DNA of 57,438 bases from Catajapyx aquilonaris (GCA_000934665.2 KZ538629.1:1-57438); one strand, 5' to 3'. Counted from the first letter of the stretch, positions 13,984 to 31,029 are shown. Translations and numbers: made by a program. The notes: generated by a model from the sequence alone, not told the origin.

Positions 13984-15559
13984 ATGAATCTTCCTTTACC
14001 ATTTCGAGTCATCCTTTGGTGTTTCCTGCTTGATTTGCGAGTGTTTGTGCAAGGCCAGGCGGAGGAAGGAGGTAAGTGCACGAATCGGAACTCTGGTACT
14101 GACGGCCAACTATGACTTCCAAACAATGCCAGCAATGATGCAATAATTAAAGGCCCAGTGACGTCAGTACTGAAATTCCGTGTCATAATTATGAGGGCTA
14201 GAAACATTGTGCATAATTTTAAAACGCGAATTTTTTATATATACATATTTTTAAAAATCTATGCTTCAGTTCATAGCTGCAGGAAAGAAGCTAAGGATAA
14301 TGAGGTCCTTATGGAGTGTACAACAGCGAAGGGAAAGGCTGGTCTGTGTATGCCATGGACAAAGTGCAACCACGTGCAGAAGACGTACAGGGAGGTTGCG
14401 TACCGTGTGTGCAAGTACCAGTACCCGGACATGACCATCTGCTGTCCGAGATTAAGTAGGTGAGAGCTGTTCCAGGCCGATCGGGTTGCTTTATTCACAC
14501 CGATTTGATCCTTGCAGCTTTCGCTGCGGATGAGGTGCTGCCTCCGCCTCCGGAGCCGGAGCCCGAGCTAGGAGTCAGAGGATTGGGCGGAGAAGGTGGT
14601 GATGCTTATGACATTGATATCCAGGAGTCGGAGGAGGACGTCCACAGCGTGCAGAGGACCCTCAGGCCTTGGATGGTAACGTTGTTATTGGCTGCATGTT
14701 CGGTTGGGTTCACACGGCCGTCCTTGTCTCTCGGTCTTTGATCATAATTATTATTGGAAACCGACACAACGACGCCCGTGTGAATCCAGCTTCAGGCAGT
14801 TGTGGGTTGCTGAATGTTGCCATTTCCAGGCATCTGTAGGCAAAGTGGAGGATGCAGACGACAGGCGATTAGTCTTCCTCTGCTCTGGAGCACTGGTCCG
14901 GCCTAAATATGTACTCACATCTGCACAGTGTATCCTAGAGTAAGTGCAAGTGTGCAGGGTTGCCTGATGTTCAAGAACTAAGCTTAATACTTTAATTCAA
15001 GTGAACCCACATTCGTTCGTGTCGGACTGAAGAATCTGAGCGGAAAAGGCCCACCCCACAGAGACTACGACATCCAGGGCATCGTAACCCACGGCAAATT
15101 CGCTCCTCCAAACCTGCAGTACGACATAGCCCTGGTCCGACTTCACAGGAAGGTCAAGATGTTAGATGACATCAAGCCCGTCAAGCTTCCATCTGGGAAA
15201 CTGGCAGACGACATCGTTGGAATGGCTGGAGTCCTCACCGGAATGGGATACAACGGTACATATACGGGATGGATTCCTTATACGAGTGTACAGAGGATGT
15301 TTCTTACTAATCCATCGGTTCAATTGATATAATCTTCAGCGTACGACTGGAGCCATCGCCTGATCGAAGTGTCGCAAAAGGCCATCAGCCAGGAAGAATG
15401 CTCATCTAAAGTGGCACAATCAGAGTTCTTCCCCGACGGTGTAGGAGAAAAGTCATTCTGCGCTATCGTACCACCTGGATTTAGAGACAAATGTGAAGTA
15501 AGACAAATTCATTGTTTGGTCTCAACGTTCACGAATATCACCGGAAAAAAACTGTTCCC

Positions 15560-15631
<72 letters not shown>

Positions 15632-15820
15632 GGCTGCTACTTCTGCTGCTGCTGTTTGTAGGTGAATCTTGGAGGGCCTATGGCGATTGAGGTTAATGGA
15701 GAATGGACTCTGATTGGTATTGTCACCGCCGAGCACAGTTGCGACCTTCCTGATGCCCCGAGGATTTACACCAGGATTTCTTCATACGCCAAGTGGTTGA
15801 AGTCACAGATGAAGAAGTAA
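13984..15820 (+). CDS. SP4: CLIP-domain serine protease homologue (His to Gln, Ser to Leu)
   Basis: Signal peptide MNLPLPFRVILWCFLL; CLIP CTTAKGKAGLCMPWTKC...VCKY...ICCP; acidic Pro-rich linker ending LRPWM; LCSGALV...TSAQC; YDIAL; KCE-VNLGGPM; stop 15818-15820. Confidence 0.9.
15561..15630. repeat. (ATT)n microsatellite in last intron of SP4
   Basis: About 23 ATT units with one ATC interruption. Confidence 0.95.
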
Positions 15821-18035
15821 GGAATAATATTGAATGAATTTTTTACACCTAATCTGACATGTAGGATGGAGAGTGTCCCGTCATAATTATGATAGTGCGA
15901 GTATGTAGAGTAAAAGTGACATTAATTTTTTTTCTTTCAGCTAAAACGAGAGTGCTTGCCCTGCTCAACGAACCAAAACTGCAATTATAGGCTTACGTTG
16001 CAAACAAGCAAGGACCACGATTCTAATGGCAAATCTATCATGCCCCTCGGTAATTGTACATTGAGACAAGTAAAAACATGTTAAAATCGCTGAGAAAATT
16101 TTCAAATGTTTCATCTCATCGCACAATGTGCAAATGGATAAGTGATATTTGAATGGAAAGCAATGTTCTCTCATAATGGAAAAAAAAACATTTAAATTAT
16201 AATTTATGACGCATATGTATCTTAAGATAGCCTCAATAACGAGCTGGTGTGGGACTTGTGTAGTGCCATTGTGTAGGAACAAATGCGCCGTCTTTTTAAT
16301 AAAAGTTCTCACAATACTGTACGATTGTGACCTTGCCTTACAGAAATTGAGATCTTCTATTACTCTTCCATATCATGTTGATGAAGTTTTGCAGCAAGCA
16401 TACACAATAATGAGTTGCAAACCTGCAATGAAAATGTTGACTGTCTATTTTATCTACTGCAGAACAAACAGAGTGTCATTATTTTTCTCCTGCAACAAAA
16501 CAAGACATTAAAGAAAAACATACAAGCACAAAGCCCTTGTCGCTGGAACATCTCTGTGATGTAGTGTACATACAATACCTGGAACAGGTTATGAAATCAG
16601 AGTAACGAAAATAATTATATGCCTTTCCACATGATTGTAGTTATATATGAAACTCACGTATAGGAATGCCTACTAAATTATGCATTATGTCTGCATAATC
16701 AATGTACTGAATGTAAAACTCTCCACAGACTTTTAAAATTGGAAATATACTATATCCTTTAATTCTCCTCCATATGAATACCAATAACAAATTTATAATA
16801 TATTTTGCATTATATACATTTAAAACGATATAACAGTCGCATTGAGTTGCTAACCTACGACCTCGTATTTTAGAAGAATATTGCGGACCTGCTTGTGCAC
16901 TTAATGTAACACAAAGGGAAATAATAGTGAAATTTCAATATACAATTGATTTTCGATTTTAAGTCAAGCAACACTTACACTGGGTGATGGTATTGTGACA
17001 TGATCACAAAACAGGGCCAAAATGGATTATTTTGGGCTATCCGATGGAAGTCAAACCCAACTCTGACAGCAATGAATGTAAGTCCCACAAAATATTCAGT
17101 GTCATTTGACTATATTGATTAATAAGAAATGAAATAAGTTATGTTGATCATGATGACATCATAATACTGTATAGTACGTACCCGCGAGCATAATGTTTAA
17201 GTAGTTTAAAAAAGTTAAAGGTAGCTTTTAGTTTTATACAGTATGCTTTAAAGTGTAAATCATGTAATTGCTCGTTTCATACAAGAATTATTTGTAGTCT
17301 GTCAGGAAGATCAAGTTGTTTTTCCTTAATTCTCACAATCAGTAGTTATACAGCCTTACTGAAATGAGGCCTGTTCTTGCCTATCTAGGTAAGTGATCTT
17401 CTCTAGCAAATGGTTTTGTGGCTCTACCTTTTCCTTTCATTCCTATTAGATGCACTAATTTATGCCAGGACTGGACCCACATCTGCCATTCCCACTTCTT
17501 GAATGATCCTTCGAGAAATTTGTCAATATAGCCTGTGACTTGGGGGACAGCATTAAAATGAGAGCTGCATGTCGATCGTGCGTAATTTTCTACGAATTAT
17601 TATTGATGTAACATATTATAGAGTTGAGGCCAAGTTCACGTAACATCTGTAGTCTACACGGAGCCTGAAGTTATTCAGACATGTATACAGTTTATTGTGG
17701 CGCTATTTGCATCACGCATGAAAATGATGTATTTTCAACAAAACATCTTGAGCAACACCAAGTTTTCAATAATATTTATGAAGGAGCCTGGATTTTCAAT
17801 GCTACAAGTGGTCTCTGAATGACTTTATTGTACTAACCACATGTTAGCAACATTACGTTGCATAATGGTACGCGTTATGAATGGGTGAATATTAATGAGG
17901 CCGTACCCCTTGTAATAGTAGCTTCTGTTGTGCTATATAGATGGGCTATGAATATACAACAAACACACCTGACCCCTACTTATAACGCTGGCACTTCAAG
18001 GGCTCTAAGTGACTGTAATAGTAGTTCGTTTTAAA

Positions 18036-20377
<2,342 letters not shown>

Positions 20378-21598
20378 AGAACCTGACGAGTCAACTTGCC
20401 AATATGAATGAAGCTATCGTGTGAAAATAAAGGCAAACAGCATGAAATATTTGGCATTATCATTTTTGATGACGTCCATTGCCTCATAATCGTCTATTGA
20501 AATTGTTTCTCAAAATTTTCAGGTCTGATTATTCTCTGTAATTTTTACAACGAAACACCAGAGTCTTTTTTGATTCAGAAAGGTATCCTGCAGCTATTGT
20601 ATCAAGCTGATTGTAACACATTTTCCAAACACACTGTATATGTAAAGGCCGCCCTAATCTGACTTTAGGGCATCGTAATGTTCAGGCAGCAGCACAACTG
20701 CACAGGGCTTGGGAGAATTTTTCACAGCCTAGTGGATGCTTTGGAAACAATGAGTGCGATAACACGATCTGCTGCTTTCGGTTAAAGCTGATTGATTGAG
20801 TGAAAATCAGCCAGAGTATCTAAGGCTATCTTCTACAGAAGATGGACAGGTAGAGAGGGAGAAGAACAGTGTTTGTCTTGGTGTGTCTCCTATACGGTCT
20901 CCTACCTAACCAGTAACATATATGTCTAGATTGGTAGACATACTGTATATCAGTAATGTGCAGTATTTAGCTACCACATGATAAAACACAATAAGTTCCT
21001 GACAATAGTCACCTAATCATTAGTGTTCTGCTGCGAGAATAATGACATGACGATGAATCAGGTGGTAAGAAAAAAAGAAGTTGTGAACATTCCGCTACAA
21101 TGTAATGCTTGGCGATAAATGGAAGTCGGATGTGAATAAATAGGTAAAAGAACAGCCGTGTTACGTACAAAGTACTTCGATCTGACAGTATTTTTCACTG
21201 GACACCACCCGGATGAATTTGCAGGCAAATTATATAATTTCAAGATAAAAGAAAGCAATAAAATTACTCCCCCATGAAATCCTACAATACGTTTGATATA
21301 ATAATAATATTATTTATTTTACGATAGGTACCTACGACAGGGGACACAATAGACAGTATAGCAGATATAGACACGGTGACAATGAGTTTGGCTGAATCAA
21401 TGGCATTTTACCAATCTGCACTGGGTGAGTCGTGACGAAGCCATACCTTCCCTTCGCGCACGTTCAATCTGAACCCCCTGATAAAAGTGTCGTTACGATG
21501 CATTGTCACATTCATCCGCCGATATTCTTCTATGGCTTTCCGAACTCTGACGACTGCAGGCCCCATTCCCATGATAGAAAGTAGTAGTCGGAGAAGCA

Positions 21599-24560
21599 AT
21601 GAGTGAATTGGGATGGTGTTTGTTGTTGGGATTTGGCGTGTTGATCACCGTTCAAGGAAAAAATGATCCAGGTAGGATTCGTGTGTGTCATCCGGACGTG
21701 AACTCGGGACAAGATAGTGATAACAGATAAGCAATCACAACTTATCTATACTGTGCCATATTGCTTTTACGTGTCCAGAAATTCAGTTGCCATGTCTTCC
21801 CCGATATTGCAACCGATAAGGAAACTTATATGGAGTTCCTATGTGGAGTTCGTGCCCTCAAGTTCTCTAACCCATACGACATGTACGCAACCAACCTTAG
21901 TCTGGCTAAGCCTCATTCTGAAAATGCCAGCGAAGGCCTCCACTAATTATTATAAATTTTAAAACAAATTGAGAATTGAAATGTTGATTGATCAGTCATA
22001 TCTGACTTTGACGTATGAGTGTTTGAAGATTGCAGGCTGCATCAGCACTTACATGGGGATTATTCTTTTCAAAGGCTGTAATTTATGCGTCACAATACTA
22101 AATTGACCATTGGAAAGAAAATGTTATAGGCTGCACTGGACAATGCCCAGTACAATTTCTACTAAAATGTGACTTTGATAGTTCTGGATTTCAAGTCTTC
22201 AATTTTTGTTTTAGTATATAATATTTGAGGCATTATTGAGGGTTTCTTTCATAATAATTTGAGGTTCAATTATGTTCAAGTGACACTGGTTATGTAGGTT
22301 TCTTTGTTCAATGTGACAATCCAGATCTTCACACTGACAGACTGCGCACATTGCCATTAGTTATTGTACTAAGCATAATCCCATGTTTACTCTGATAGTA
22401 CATAAGCGAGTACTATATGCAATATTGTTCCGGTTATCTACATTGCAGCATTGAGCTGTCTCTGTTTTCAATGAGCTGTGCTTGTTAACTGCATCAGTGA
22501 AACAATGGGTTTTTCTGCAGCCTGGTACTTTACACTGGGATAAAGTATTGTTGAAGTATTCAAAGCATTTGAAAGTGACGTCAAGATCATGGGACAAATC
22601 ACCTGATAGAAATAAGATTGTCTCTGCTGACAGCCAGCAGCCAGACAGTCATTGTCTCCATGTCTGGTCAAACCTTCAACATTTCCCACTTAATTTAGGT
22701 GTCCACACACCAAAATAATAACAGCATGTAGTTCCTGGCATTACTGTCGTTTTTGGGCTAATTATCCCTGCATGACAGTCATGTGATCATTTAATCCTAC
22801 GTATTATCGACTTCTCGTAACACTTTTTATTGATTAACCATGATGTACATATAGTGAATGAAAATCATTAGAGCTGGATTTTTGTCACCATGTAGTGTAA
22901 TCTCAACACAAATCAAACTTGAAGTCTAGGTTCATATTGCTTATTATTTTATTCTTGAAGAAAACTCATCTGACCGGGCGAGAGTGTTGAATATGTGGTC
23001 TGCATGTAATGTGTCCACACTTTATATACTGGCCTGATGTTGAATTTCCTCTCTTTTTTCAGCGGTTATACTTCCCCAAGAATGCGGACGATCGATATAC
23101 GCGCCATCTCCAAGAACAAAACGAGAATTACTTGGATTTAGGGGTTGGACATGCTAATATAAACACACGTGAATAAGAATGTTGGATATTCCATTGGTGC
23201 AAACTTTTAGTTTGATGGGTCATTCCATGTCAATACAGACAAGTTGGAGTCTCGATCATATCAGAATTTTATATTTAAAAAAATCATGTGGTACACACAT
23301 ATGAGCTGTTGCTAAAAGTCAGGGGGAATGATACGGAAGCCCTGAGGGGCATGCGTGTTACAATAAGAACTCTACAGGAAATAAATTGTCAGTCCTTGGC
23401 TCCATTGTTGACGAAAGACGTTGCCATATCTCCTTGTGATTTTCATCTGGGTCGCTCTAATTTTGTTTTTAGCAACGCCGCATATGTATGCACGTACATG
23501 ATTTTTTAATATCAAATTCTGAGATGGTCGAGCCACCAACTTGTCTGTATTGACATGGAATGGCCCTGATAATATTAATAATAATTGTGGATTAGACAGA
23601 GGTATGCTGTTGTATACGTCCAACACTATGCACTGAATTCAAAATACATAAATAGGGCCTATACTTCATGCAACTTCGAGCTACTGGAAAAATTAAGCAT
23701 CGCAAATGATAATATTTAATATTCCAAATATTTGTAAGGTAATTCAAAATTACAGACAAAATGTATTTGTGAAACCATAATTTATTAAGAATATTTTTCA
23801 TATAGTTGCTTGCTTTGGGAGGAATATTGACAAAAATTAAGTTTAAGACTTAACATGGAGAGTAATCAGAGAGATATTATTCATATGAAGGTTTGAAGCC
23901 TGAGGACTACATTATCACCCATGTTTTCTCATGGGGAACTGTAATTTCTCCTTAATGAAGCTGGCCAAAAGGTCAGCACGTATAGATCAAGGACAGCATT
24001 ACACAATACCTAATGCAGCTTTGTCATATACTGTAAACATAATTCTTCTGCAAATCAGAGTGAACAACTGAAATAGTCAGTAAAGCATTACGAAAAAAAA
24101 ATCTTAGATCAAATCTGAACGATGATGAGGTTCTACATAAAAATAAAATTAAAAATAAAATGTTTCTGCACATGCCTATGAATAATTCAACGTGTTTGCA
24201 AACATTGATTGCCGAATCTCCACGAGAAATATTATTGAGACGCTTTAATGTTAGAAGCACACTGAAAGTTACAAATAATATTCAGGGTGTTATTCTGCCA
24301 AAGGTGACAGTCCTTGGGTAGAACTGACAGATTAGTCGCCCCTGGCAATCTTGAAGTGCAGTAATGTTTTATTCCGTTCAATTGTTGAAAATTTAATTTT
24401 GTAAATGGCGTAAGACAAAATACATTCCTCACATACGGTACCTGAGCAGCTCAGAGTGAGAAAATAAACTTCAAGAATCGAATGAGCTCCACCTGCACTG
24501 AAATATGGCCGCTATTTTCTTTACAAAGGCAGGAGTGACCAATCCATAAATTCTCCCCCA

Positions 24561-24615
<55 letters not shown>

Positions 24616-26069
24616 CCGTCTCCTTAGACAAAGCAACAATATGCACACGTGTTAGAGGAAGGCTATTATTCACAATGGAATATCCAACAAAAGGACACGA
24701 AATGGAAGAATCGCTATCACATTAGCTTGACCAATAGCTGTTTCTGATTTCTTTAGTTGTTGGAGGCGTAGCAGCTGATCCAGACGCCTGGCCTTGGATG
24801 GTAAAGTAGTCACATCGTTAATTACTCATTTTAAGTGCTGTGTCTCCTGGCATGAAACCAATTATCACACAACAAAGTAAAATATTACAGTACATAACAC
24901 TATATGGAACACGATATTTGTCCATGGAAATTCATCGTCATATTCGTGTCCCTTATAGGTCACAAGTAACTCATAATGACCATTCATTTTGTCTTTGATT
25001 TGTTTTTGACCTCGGGGCAGTCAAAACACAAAAATCCTCAAATATAGCAGTTTTTTTCCCAATCAAGTGGGCCTGAATGTTGATAGACCATCTCGGATTT
25101 TTGTGAAAATAATAACAGCTGTACACACCTATTCGATAACACTGCATATCAAGTTTCAGCCAAATTGCTAAATACCGTGGGGAGGGAAAAAATCACGAAA
25201 CTTTGAAAAATTGGCCTTTTTTGGATAATTGTTCGGTTATTGGAAGTGGTCAACATCCAATCAACATATACATCGAATGGGAGAGAAACGCTGGTGGAAT
25301 GCGCCTATGGAATTGGTTTTTCTGAAAAATGCACATGATTGTGTGGCATGTCATCAGTCGCATGTCCAAGAATTTGGCTCCATTAAAATTAATTGTAATT
25401 CGGCAAACATATCTGTTATTTTCTCACGAGACATGCATGACCTAGGATTGAAACTGAACGTATTGAATCTTGTGTGAGTCACAACTTCTGCCACCAAATA
25501 TGGCTGTTCTTACGCAAATACATCACTAATTTTTGGGGGGTCTAAACACTAGGACATGTTATACTGAGCATATGACCGCTGGAATGCCATATAATGTTGT
25601 TCTGAGTGCATTTTCGAAAGAAAATAAATAATTCCATAGACGCATTCTACTCGTTTCTCTTTCATTTGACGTTGATTGGGTTTTGACCACTTCCAATAAC
25701 CGAAAAAATTATCCACTTGATTGGGAAAAACATGCTATATTTGAGGATTTTTGTTCTTTGACTGCCCCGAGGTCAAAAACAAATCAAAGACAAAAGGAAT
25801 GCCCATGTGTTACTTGTTACCTAAAGAACACGAATATGACGATGAATTTCCATGTACAAAAGAAAGTCAAATTTTGTTGCCTAAGTGTAATCATTCAATT
25901 AGTTAAACATTTACTTAATCCTTACTATGGCAAAAGTGAGCGTACCGTACTAATGTGTCCACTCTTAGAGCAAAGTTGTCCAGATCTATTCATATTAATG
26001 AATATTTTTTTATAAAGAACAAAGCATTCGTTTTATGCTAGGAGCCACACAACTACAGTAGTAGTAGTA

Positions 26070-26140
<71 letters not shown>

Positions 26141-27432
26141 TAGTAGTCCTTTTTGCTACTATACTTAAGTTTTCATACAAAGGTATAGGGCTATAGGCTC
26201 TACGTGTCAGTAAATCGAGCGAAATAGAGCTTGTTGTAGTACACTCTATTTCGGCTAGGTTCACTCTGAAATCATGCTGTGATTCTATTCTAGGCAGCGT
26301 TAGGAAAACTAAACAAGGACGGAGTACCTACCTTCTTCTGCGGAGGAGCCTTGTTTCACAAGAGATACGTCCTCACGGCCGCTCACTGCGTCCCAGAGTG
26401 AGTACGTATTTTGTTTATTAAATACTATCTCAACTATTACACCAATACTTTTACCATGTACAGTACACTCCTTTGCAGCATGATATTCTGCCTATTACTG
26501 TGTGGACTCCTTCGTGACATAATTATATCTGTCTTTTTTGTGTGTGCTCTTGCTTTTTGTAAGGAAGCCCACGTTTGTTCGACTTGGTGAAACCAATCTC
26601 AACCCCGCGCATAAGAATATCGCCACCGACGCAGAGGTCGAGGAAATCATATCCCATCCCTGGTATAGTTACCCTTCTCTCTACCATGATATTGCGCTGA
26701 TACGACTCACGGCGGACGTCTCTTTTACAAGACAAGTCAGACCTATTTGCCTGCCTCCTGCGGATCTGAAAAGTCTCGAGACTCAATGGGCGTCGCTCAC
26801 AGGATGGGGTTACACGTCTTTCGGTACGTAGCAATTAGATCGACAACTCATCCTACAAAATATGTCCAAGGGAATACCATCCTGAAATGATCACGATTTG
26901 GCCTAATGTTACACGTAATATTTTTGGGGGGAGAAACTTATTGTTGCTGAATTGTTGGACGTCAATGAGGCTATTACAGACGGTACTGCATTCTATTAAA
27001 TTAATAATATGCAGGTAAATTTCTCGGCAGTTGGTGATGCTAGCGACACGCTTCAAGAAGTGGAGGTACAAATAATAAGGCACGCTGAGTGCTTCAAAGA
27101 CTACGATGGTGTTCCTCAAGTGGCTCTCAACTTCCCCAATGGCATCTTGAAGACGCATTTGTGCGCGTCGGTTCCAGGAGGCGGAAAAGACGCGTGTCAG
27201 GTAATTATTAAGAAATTTTTCTCAGTGTCGCATAAAACCTGCTACAATTGCAATCTTCATCCGATAGGGTGACTCAGGAGGACCTCTGCAGTTTCAAAAG
27301 CTGAGTAGAGACCCGTTTATGTTGGTAGGAGTAGTGTCTGGAGGACTTGGGTGTGGCTTCGAGAATTTCCCTGGAGTTTATACGAAAGTGACCGAATACC
27401 TAGCCTGGATCTTGGCAAATATGGAGGCATAA
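21599..27432 (+). CDS. SP6: secreted trypsin-like serine protease of the SP1/SP5 subgroup, no recognisable CLIP exon, long introns
   Basis: Signal exon MSELGWCLLLGFGVLITVQG (21599-21671, linkage inferred); exon 23063-23143 VILPQECGRS...RTKRELLGFR; exon 24757-24800 VVGG...WPWM; TAAHC (26293-), YHDIAL (26563-), DACQ-GDSGGP; stop 27430-27432. Confidence 0.85.
24563..24612. repeat. (CT)n microsatellite
   Basis: About 25 TC units. Confidence 0.95.
24917..25860. mobile_element. foldback / long-TIR non-autonomous DNA transposon in an SP6 intron
   Basis: 24917-25068 is the inverted copy of about 25712-25860 (e.g. TCTTTGATTTGTTTTTGACCTCGGGGCAGTCAAA vs TTTGACTGCCCCGAGGTCAAAAACAAATCAAAGA); inverted homology resumes at about 25222-25335 vs 25605-25715, implying a deletion in the right arm. 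Confidence 0.85.
26058..26146. repeat. (AGT)n microsatellite
   Basis: Long TAG/AGT run with two small interruptions. Confidence 0.95.
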
Positions 27433-28521
27433 AAATGTACATTAAAACAGAGTACTGGTATTAATTTTTATTGCTGATCTATCAATGGATAGTGTTTGAT
27501 ACAAAAAAGAGCCATATTTCCACCTCAATAATGAGGACTGTTTCATTTCAGTAATCGCCAGTTTAAGAAGACCAGAGTAAACTATTATTTAACTGTTTAA
27601 GTTTGATTTCATCATCCAGCTCACTTGAGGAATTATTGCATTTACCTTTTTTATTGCATAAATGAATTCAAATTCCCAGCGCAGTATCTAGCGAGTGAAT
27701 GATATTAGCATATTTTCCTGATCAATATTATGTAGATTACCTGTGTACATTATGGACATGAAAGACACAAGTAAAACAACTTCCATTCCTTTCTGGTATT
27801 ACCAGATATTAGACTTTCAACTTTCAGGATATAGTTCTTGCTCCTCTTCCTTTCGCTGTACGTAATGCGGCTTGCAGAGAATTACAGTATCTCGAGCTAA
27901 GACAATGGGGAAAATATATTATTATTCAACTTATTTTAATATGTACTGTACTGTATAGTAATTATGCAGCATGTCAGGATACACCAACGGAGGAGATGAC
28001 GGGAATATCCTTGGGAATATCTCCCCGATAACAATTATTGGCTTTGCTCGAATGAATCTTCAAAGCTTTTAAAAATCATTGTAACTTACTTGTCAACAAA
28101 GTGAATAGTCGTTGTTTTTCTCCAGAAATTGTCTCCTTGTTTTATCCTAGATACGAGCTATTTAAAACTCCTATATTTTTAAGAACTGTAAAAATAATCT
28201 ACTTGTGACCGGAATGGATTAACATATAAAAGCCAGTGGGTAACAATCAAGTACAGTTTATTATTCGTCAGGGCGAGTGTGGGAGAGCAAAAGGCAATAG
28301 GTCAGGGATGGGAGATGACGACCAAACAAGTGGCCCCAGATACAGTCCGGAGCGCCAATATTATATAGCAAGAAAACCGCAAGGGCCGATAGGAGTTGGC
28401 AAGTTGTACTATATATGTACAAAAAAAGTCAAGTAACGGCCCTCGAAGTCAAAGAGATGGGTACATAAAATACGGTAATGCAATGCAGCATCGGAATGCA
28501 GTGAAATACAGGAAGTTATAC

Positions 28522-28603
28522 ATGTAGCAAGATCCGGTACTATCACATAATTACTCATGGCGTATAGTGCATTATGTAGGCTATGGAAGGTTTAAGAGGC
28601 AAG
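28522..28603 (+). pseudogene. possible relic first exon of another array protease
   Basis: Ends GRFKRQG|GTAAGT, matching the RxRRQ-G|GT exon-1 ending of SP1, SP2, SP5 and SP7; in-frame ATG is followed immediately by TAG; no protease exons follow. Confidence 0.35.
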
Positions 28604-29519
28604 GTAAGTTATCGCTATTCCTCCTAAAGAAACAGAACATCGCATATGCATTATAAACCAAGCCATTAATATAATAATTATTTCATATTCGATCATTATA
28701 TAAGTACATAATATCTGTTATTTCATTTAGTAGTTATTACGACCGTCACCAATTAGTATAGCAAGAGTGCAACTGTTCAATTTGAGCAATTGGTATCCAC
28801 AAACGCGAATGATAACATCCATTTTTTGCATGCCAGACCTCCTTTGCAGACTTGGTAAGGGATGGATACACAACCTAATTATAATTAGCTAGTGATATAG
28901 GAATTAAAAGATATAACTGAATCCTAATAATTAGATTATAGTGCAAAAACGAAACAACAATAGGACATTTCTGATTACCCTGCATTAAATATTAAATGAA
29001 ATTAATTTGTTGTGCAAAAATTACACCACACGCTGCCACACACTATCAAAATTATTTAATATCTCCTCATTCCTCTCAAGCTAATGATCTCAAGGGCATG
29101 ATCAAGGGTATCTCCTCGGGCATGCTGTGGTCCAATATATTGTGCACACTCTGCATTTAGGTGATTCTACTCCACTGAATACATGCTGTCCTGATGTCTG
29201 GTCACTTCTCAAGGCTTTCTAAATATACTCCGCAAACAGTGGTTTATTTCCCTCTCGCTCAGCTAATAGCAAATGCAGCGAACAATAATTATTTCATATG
29301 GTCATGCAGCTCTATAAATAAGTCACTCGCAAGAATGACGAACACAAATATGTTTATGCCCCACACGACGTCTGCTTATCACAATTAAACATGTGCGACT
29401 TATTTCATATTTGAATTTGCTGTTGTGTATATCATAACTAGAGTCTAATAATGAACGAAGAGTCTTGTCTCATTATAAAGTGACGCATGTACAGCATGAA
29501 GATCTCACTTGCAGTAGTC

Positions 29520-31029
29520 ATGAAGCCGTTTCAACTCTCTCTGATACTCGTACTCGGTTGCTGTGTGTTTGTTGCAGTGTCTTCTGATATGAAAATAATC
29601 CGCAGGCAAGGTATGGCAGTGCTTTCTCTTAATTACCCAACGCATTAGTGAAAACTCGGATTCTCATTATTTTGAAGTATACATATCAATTAATGCGCCA
29701 TAACACCTTGATAGTATGTAAACATTAAGTGACGAATTCATTACTAACATTTTACAGCTTCTTCTGATTGTGGACGAGCAAATGAAGGCAACAACCGGAA
29801 CATCCCTTTGTTCAGGAGAAGCCTTGCAGTTAACAACTCTATTACTCCTCAAATTGCAGGAGGAACATATTCCTCACCAAATCGTTGGCCTTGGATGGTA
29901 ACCAAAAAAAATCCGCAATATTAAGCCCTCGTGTATAGCAATGTGTTCCAAGTTCGCCTGAGACAGAAGTATGCGTATATATTGGCATTGACGCTATAAC
30001 AATTTACAAATATTGGTAATGATAACTCCGGATAGCACGCATTTTTTTTGAGCTGACAAGTTCGTACTATTCTGAGACATAAACGCATTTAAGTCTTACG
30101 AGGATTTAGTAATATTAATAATAACTCCACAGGCAGCACTGCTGGACTCTTCTCGTCGGCTAATTTGTGGAGGATCCCTCATAAGCCCTCGTTACGTCCT
30201 AACTGCTGCCCATTGCGTTCCACCTGCCTCGTAAGTTAATAACCGTTGGTTATTGCAGCAGATGAAATTTAGATAAGGCATTAGAATGCTGTACTTTCAT
30301 AGGACTGGCAGACGCCCTTATGTTATTCGACTTGGTACAAATAACATCAGGCGGAGCCCAGATGGTTTGAAGTCGAGAGATGTGCGTGTTGAGAAATGGG
30401 TTTACAACAGACGTTTCCGTCAAGTTGCAACTGGTTACGACATCGCATTGGTCAAGATGAAAGAAAACGTGGAGTACACGAGGACAATAAGCCCTGTATG
30501 TCTTCCTACAAGACAGATGGGATCATTGGACAATCAACGTGTGGTGGCCACTGGGTGGGGAAGTATTCGAGGTACATGTACATTACGACATTATGTGTTG
30601 CAATAGTGGACGTCATTATGTGACTATAATGACCTGATTATTATGCTTAATTGCAATTGATATTCCAGCAAGAGGAAGGAACAGTGGAAACGCCCTTCAA
30701 GAAGTGAACATGATAGTAATTGGTGCTCAGCAATGTGGATATGGCTATTCCATATTGTGTGCCCGGGGTGAGAGGCTGGGAGGAGGAGTATGTAATGTAA
30801 GTGGCGTGATAAATAAGTGTGTCCTACACACACAATGATTCATTTCATTAGTGGCACATTTTTACAGGGTGATTCTGGAGGACCTTTAGTGTACAGAGAT
30901 CGGTCGAGTGGGAGGTACACCGTAGTAGGAATTTCTTCTGCTTACAGCAGTGTTGGATGTGGAACGACTTCTTTATTCACCAGGGTTCAGAGCTACCTGA
31001 ACATGATAGAGTCAACTGTGAAAAAGTAG
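29520..31029 (+). CDS. SP7: CLIP-less secreted serine protease with non-trypsin S1 pocket
   Basis: Signal peptide [44 protein letters not shown]^IAGG; TAAHC, YDIAL, GGVCN-GDSGGP (Gly189), GISSAYS; stop at 31029. Confidence 0.93.

Noticed and set aside
15369..15736. Poly-Ile, poly-Leu, poly-Asn, poly-Tyr and ER-repeat ORFs here and at 24451, 26010 and 35353-35837
   Set aside because: They are translations of intronic microsatellites.
15950..17850. Possible minus-strand multi-exon gene suggested by several splice-like signals
   Set aside because: Could not build a consistent ORF; some introns would be only about 35 nt and no family was recognised.
22361..22718. Overlapping Cys-containing ORFs in an SP6 intron as the missing CLIP exon or a nested gene
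   Set aside because: No six-Cys CLIP spacing on the plus strand and no supporting gene structure.
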